26,465 bases of DNA from a virus. Its lineage: Duplodnaviria; Caudoviricetes. The first letter of the stretch is position 1. The number at the start of each line of letters is the position of its first letter. Positions 22,742 to 26,465 of the stretch are shown piece after piece. Both the position numbers and the translations under genes were made by a program. The DNA lies in the IMG/VR virus record IMGVR_UViG_3300043443_000195, positions 1 to 26,465 of that record; one strand, written 5' to 3'. The notes under the pieces were generated by a model. It was not told the DNA's origin and did no database searches. It saw nothing but the letters and a program-made list of their open reading frames with translations.

Positions 22742-24997
22742 ATGGCAGACTTAGCCGCGATCCTCACTGACCCCAACTTCGTCAATGCTAATCCTGCGAC
22801 GAAGCAGGCCATCTTTCAAAAATGGGCACCCCAAGACCCCAACTTTGCAAATGCCAATCCTGCAACTCAGCAGGCCATCATGCAAAAGTTTGGGGTGATG
22901 CCTGTGCAAACTCAACCCGAGTTGCCAGAGTCTCTGCGTCCATCGCTTCCACAACCCGCTGCGGCTGCGCCATCTGAGGTGCCCGGCACCCGTAAGCCAC
23001 CAAGCACCGCGCAGCGCGTGTATGAGGCTGCACGCCCTTATGTTGCCCCTACTGTTGAGGCACTTGGTGCTGTTGGTGGCGGTCTACTTGGTGCAACCGC
23101 TGGCACATTCGGCGCTGGTCCCGTGGGCACCGCCGTTGGTGGTGTCGCTGGTGCTGGTTTGGGCTACGGCATCGCCAAAGAAGCCCTTGAAGCTGCTGAT
23201 GTGGCGATGGGTGTGAAAGCACCCCGCCAAGGCGCAGCACAGGTTACAGAACCCGTCCGTAACATCCTCGAAGGGGCAACCTTTGAGGCTGGTGGCCGTG
23301 TGGCCGGTCCCTTGATTGCCAAGGGTGTGGGCGCACTTGCTGACCTTAAAAACATCCCCAAGAACAAAGCCGCTGAGATTGCACGCAACGCGCTTGGCCC
23401 AGACCTGCCCGAAGTGCTCAACGCACTCAAGGCATCGCAGGGTAAAGGTGTCAGCGCCGCGCAAGCCACCGCAGACATCAACAGCCCCACATGGCAGGCG
23501 TTGCTTGATCGTGTGTCTAAACGCGATCCACGCTTCATGGCTGCTTTGGAAAAGTCCCAAGGTGAAGTGTCGCTGAACGCTCTGGCCAAGTTGGCCGGTG
23601 GCACCACGGCTGCCGAGACTCGCGCCACTGTTGAGAACGCCAAGAACGCGCTCAACGCAATGACTGAACCTCAGCGTCAGGCTGCCCTTAATCGTACCAA
23701 TCTGGGCAAGTCTGTGGCCGAATACGAGGCTCAAGCTGCCAAGTTGGGAGTGGAAGCCGCAGCCGAAGTGCAAAAGGTCCGTGACCTCATCAGCGCCGGT
23801 AAAGCTGCCGAGGCATGGGCACGTCTTGATCTGATCAAGCGCAACCTGCCAGTCGGGGCCACCAAGTACACCTATTTTGGCGAACTCGGCAAACAGGCTG
23901 ACGAGTGGGCATCCCGAGCCGCTGACGCATCCCTCGATCTGGGCCAAGGCGCACGCTTTGCCCAAGGCGCTGCTGACGCCCTGCGCTCTGTAGGCATCAA
24001 ACCCCTCGAAGGTGGCTCGTTGGTCAACAGCGTCAAGGCTATTGGTAATAACCCTGAGTTCGCTGGCAACGATGTGCTGCAAGGTGCGATCAAGAACGTC
24101 GCTGACGACATCGCCAAGTGGACCGACAGCGGCGGCGTCATTGACGCCAAGGCACTTGACGCCATTCGCAAGAACTCGGTCAATGCCGCGATCCAACAGC
24201 TTCGCCCCGGCATGGATGCCACCGCACAACGCAATCTGGCCGCAGGTGTGCTCAACGACATCAAGCCTGTGCTGATTGACGCGGTTGAGGCTGCCGGTGG
24301 TACTGGGTACCGTCAATACTTGGCAGACTATGCCAAGGGTATGCAGAAGATTGCTGAACGCAAACTGACAGGCGAAGCGTTAAAAATGTGGAAGACCAAC
24401 AAGGACGAGTTTGTGCGTTTGGTCAACAACGAAGCACCTGAAACAGTTGAAAAGTTTCTCGGTAAAGGCAACTACAACATCGCAACCGAGTTGGCCGACA
24501 ACACCATGTCAACGCTCAAGAGTGAGGCTGAAAAGGTTGTGCGTGAAGCCAACATCAAATCGCAAGTCTCAGGCGGTCAAGAGGCACTCAAGCAGTTGCT
24601 GATTGAGAACATGTCCAAGCTGCGCGTGCCCTCGTATCTGAGCGCCGTGGCTGCGACAACCAACAAAGCCTTGAACATCTTGGAAAACAAGATCGGCAAG
24701 AAGACCATGCAGATGTTGACCGAAGCCTCACAGACCCCCGAGGGTGCTGCCGCGCTGCTAGAAACGCTGCCCGCGACTGAGCGTAGCCGTGTGCTGCAGT
24801 TGATTTCTGACCCTAGTATCCTTACCCAAGGTTCCAAGATGTATGCCCCTCCCGGTATGATCACCAAAGGTGAACTTGCCAAACAAGCAGCGGAAGCAAT
24901 TCGCACCGGTTCGGTCACCGCAGGGGTCAACGCTTTGGCACCTGACCGATACAATACAAACGCCCTTGCACAACAGCCTGTTAGGGTCATAGAATAA
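22742..24997 (+). CDS. DNA ejection protein, gp16 position
   Basis: 751 aa, Ala-rich, with a glycine-zipper hydrophobic segment (ALGAVGGGLLG...AGAGLGYG), plus gene position. Confidence 0.75.
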   Translation: MADLAAILTDPNFVNANPATKQAIFQKWAPQDPNFANANPATQQAIMQKFGVMPVQTQPELPESLRPSLPQPAAAAPSEVPGTRKPPSTAQRVYEAARPYVAPTVEALGAVGGGLLGATAGTFGAGPVGTAVGGVAGAGLGYGIAKEALEAADVAMGVKAPRQGAAQVTEPVRNILEGATFEAGGRVAGPLIAKGVGALADLKNIPKNKAAEIARNALGPDLPEVLNALKASQGKGVSAAQATADINSPTWQALLDRVSKRDPRFMAALEKSQGEVSLNALAKLAGGTTAAETRATVENAKNALNAMTEPQRQAALNRTNLGKSVAEYEAQAAKLGVEAAAEVQKVRDLISAGKAAEAWARLDLIKRNLPVGATKYTYFGELGKQADEWASRAADASLDLGQGARFAQGAADALRSVGIKPLEGGSLVNSVKAIGNNPEFAGNDVLQGAIKNVADDIAKWTDSGGVIDAKALDAIRKNSVNAAIQQLRPGMDATAQRNLAAGVLNDIKPVLIDAVEAAGGTGYRQYLADYAKGMQKIAERKLTGEALKMWKTNKDEFVRLVNNEAPETVEKFLGKGNYNIATELADNTMSTLKSEAEKVVREANIKSQVSGGQEALKQLLIENMSKLRVPSYLSAVAATTNKALNILENKIGKKTMQMLTEASQTPEGAAALLETLPATERSRVLQLISDPSILTQGSKMYAPPGMITKGELAKQAAEAIRTGSVTAGVNALAPDRYNTNALAQQPVRVIE

Positions 24998-25018
24998 CGT
25001 GGCCAATAAGGAATAAAG

Positions 25019-25753
25019 ATGGCATCACTTTCACCCACACCAAAGCTACAGTTCTTCGGAACCGATGGGTCGCCTCTCGTCGGTGGCAAGCTGTACACGT
25101 ATGCCGCTGGCACTACGACTCCTTTGGCCACCTACACCGACAACACCGAGAATACCGAGAACACCAACCCGGTAATTCTGGATTCCAACGGTGAAGCGAA
25201 CGTGTGGTTGCCAAGCACCACATCGTACAAATACGTGCTCAAGACTGCTGAAGATGTCACCCTGTACACGGTTGACTACATCTCGGTGCCCTTGACCTCG
25301 AACTCATTTGCATCACCCCCACCCATCGGCAGCGATGTGCCTAACTCTGCCACGTTTACGACTCTGAACGTCACTGGCGCTGCAATATTTGAAAGCACTG
25401 CTAACTTTACAGACCCTGTGGAGTTTGACTCGACGGTTGATTTCACTGGAACTGGCGCTATCAAGCTCAACGTAGGCACGACAGCGCAGCGCCCAGCGTC
25501 ACCTGTTGACGGTGACATTCGCTACAACACCGACACGCTCAAGTACGAGGGCTACAGCAACGGCTCATGGGGTCAGTTGGGCGGCGGCGCTACTGGTGGT
25601 GGTACTGACCAAATCTTTAATTTGAACGGTCAAACTGTCAACACTGACTACACTATCCCAACAGGCTTTAACGCTAGCACCGTTGGTCCTCTTACCATTG
25701 CCACTGGCATCACGGTTACTGTTCCTGCGAGCAGCAACTGGGTTATCCTCTAA
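25019..25753 (+). CDS. Tail fibre proximal subunit with virion-binding N-terminal domain
   Basis: QFF..DGSPLVGGKLYTYAAGTTTP...NPVILDSNG anchor domain at the tailspike position. GTTAQRP...GDIRYN fibre motif. Confidence 0.8.
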   Translation: MASLSPTPKLQFFGTDGSPLVGGKLYTYAAGTTTPLATYTDNTENTENTNPVILDSNGEANVWLPSTTSYKYVLKTAEDVTLYTVDYISVPLTSNSFASPPPIGSDVPNSATFTTLNVTGAAIFESTANFTDPVEFDSTVDFTGTGAIKLNVGTTAQRPASPVDGDIRYNTDTLKYEGYSNGSWGQLGGGATGGGTDQIFNLNGQTVNTDYTIPTGFNASTVGPLTIATGITVTVPASSNWVIL

Positions 25754-25762
25754 GGAGTAAAT

Positions 25763-26329
25763 ATGAGTTCTGTTGTTCTTACTGGCGACACATCTGGCTC
25801 AGGAACTATCACAGTTCCAGCTGTCGCTGGCACTTTTACCGCAACAATTGGGTCTGCCACAGGCACTCACTATCCGTTTACCGCTGGAACTGCTGTTGCA
25901 TCCACTAGCGGAACATCAATTGATTTCACCTCAATTCCGTCTTGGGTTAAACGCATTACTGTTATGTTTAGCGGGGTTAGTACGAACGGGACAAGCAATC
26001 CGCTTATGCAAATTGGCGCTGGAAGTGTTTTGACATCTGGCTATCTCGGCAGCGCACAAACAATTAGCACAACTGGAATTGCAACTACAGGATGGGCTTT
26101 AAGCGCATCTACTGCGGCAACATCTATATTTAACGGGTCTGCCGTTATAACTAATATGGGAAGTAATGTTTGGTCTATGTTTGGGGTCATAGGTTATTCA
26201 AACGCCGCAGGTGTTGCTATGTTTGGCGGCTCAGTTTCTCTTGGCGGCATTCTAGACCGCGTTCGTATCACCACCGTCAACGGCACAGACACATTTGACG
26301 CTGGCTCTATTAACATCTTGTACGAATAA
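25763..26329 (+). CDS. Tail fibre distal subunit / putative receptor-binding protein
   Basis: SD TAAGGAG. LTGDTSGS.TITVPAVAG N-terminus, STSGTSIDFTSIPSWVKRI domain. Confidence 0.75.
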   Translation: MSSVVLTGDTSGSGTITVPAVAGTFTATIGSATGTHYPFTAGTAVASTSGTSIDFTSIPSWVKRITVMFSGVSTNGTSNPLMQIGAGSVLTSGYLGSAQTISTTGIATTGWALSASTAATSIFNGSAVITNMGSNVWSMFGVIGYSNAAGVAMFGGSVSLGGILDRVRITTVNGTDTFDAGSINILYE

Positions 26330-26347
26330 TCAATAAAGGACTTCAAA

Positions 26348-26465
26348 ATGACTACACCTACACGCATCATCGTAGACTTGGCAACAGGTCAATCCACAGA
26401 AGTTGAACTCCAAGGCGCTGAGTTGGAAGCATACAACGCTTCTCTTGCTCAACAAGCCGCTGAAG
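26348..26465 (+). CDS. Small fibre-associated protein or chaperone, runs off window end
   Basis: SD AAAGGA. MTTPTRIIVDLATGQSTEVELQGAELEAY... Confidence 0.6.
   Translation, partial: MTTPTRIIVDLATGQSTEVELQGAELEAYNASLAQQAAE

Noticed and set aside
23084-24316. 410-aa minus-strand ORF, and similar antisense ORFs such as 312..977, 8180..8815, 11435..12109 and 13803..14417
   Set aside because: They are shadows of well-supported plus-strand genes with biased codon usage and have no recognisable motifs.
25450-26329. Diversity-generating retroelement target, suggested by the GTTAQRP fibre motif
   Set aside because: No reverse transcriptase and no template/variable repeat pair within the window. Cannot be excluded outside it.

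Overview
This window is a 26.5-kb segment of a tailed dsDNA phage with a P22-like (podovirus) virion module, probably from an aquatic Proteobacterium (host is a weak inference). From left to right: a partial ribbon-helix-helix gene and divergent control region; a PrimPol-PriCT2-DUF3987 primase/helicase; a convergent leftward operon of small early-type genes (2.9-6.4 kb); a ~750-bp noncoding region dense in two repeated motifs (candidate origin, operator array or genome end); then terS, terL, small basic proteins, a GroES homolog, portal, a ferritin/Dps-like protein, scaffold, coat, head-tail proteins, three ejection proteins and tail fibres. No integrase, lysis genes, tRNA, CRISPR array or reverse transcriptase was seen. 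The most notable signals are (1) a candidate ~75-80-nt antisense RNA lying over a 13-aa leader ORF that is translationally coupled to the primase, (2) 12 CCC-N3-GGG palindromes interleaved with TTGTCACACCC iterons, (3) near-total absence of CCWGG, and (4) several coupled micro-ORFs missing from the ORF track. Family names come from motif recognition and gene order only; no searches were run.
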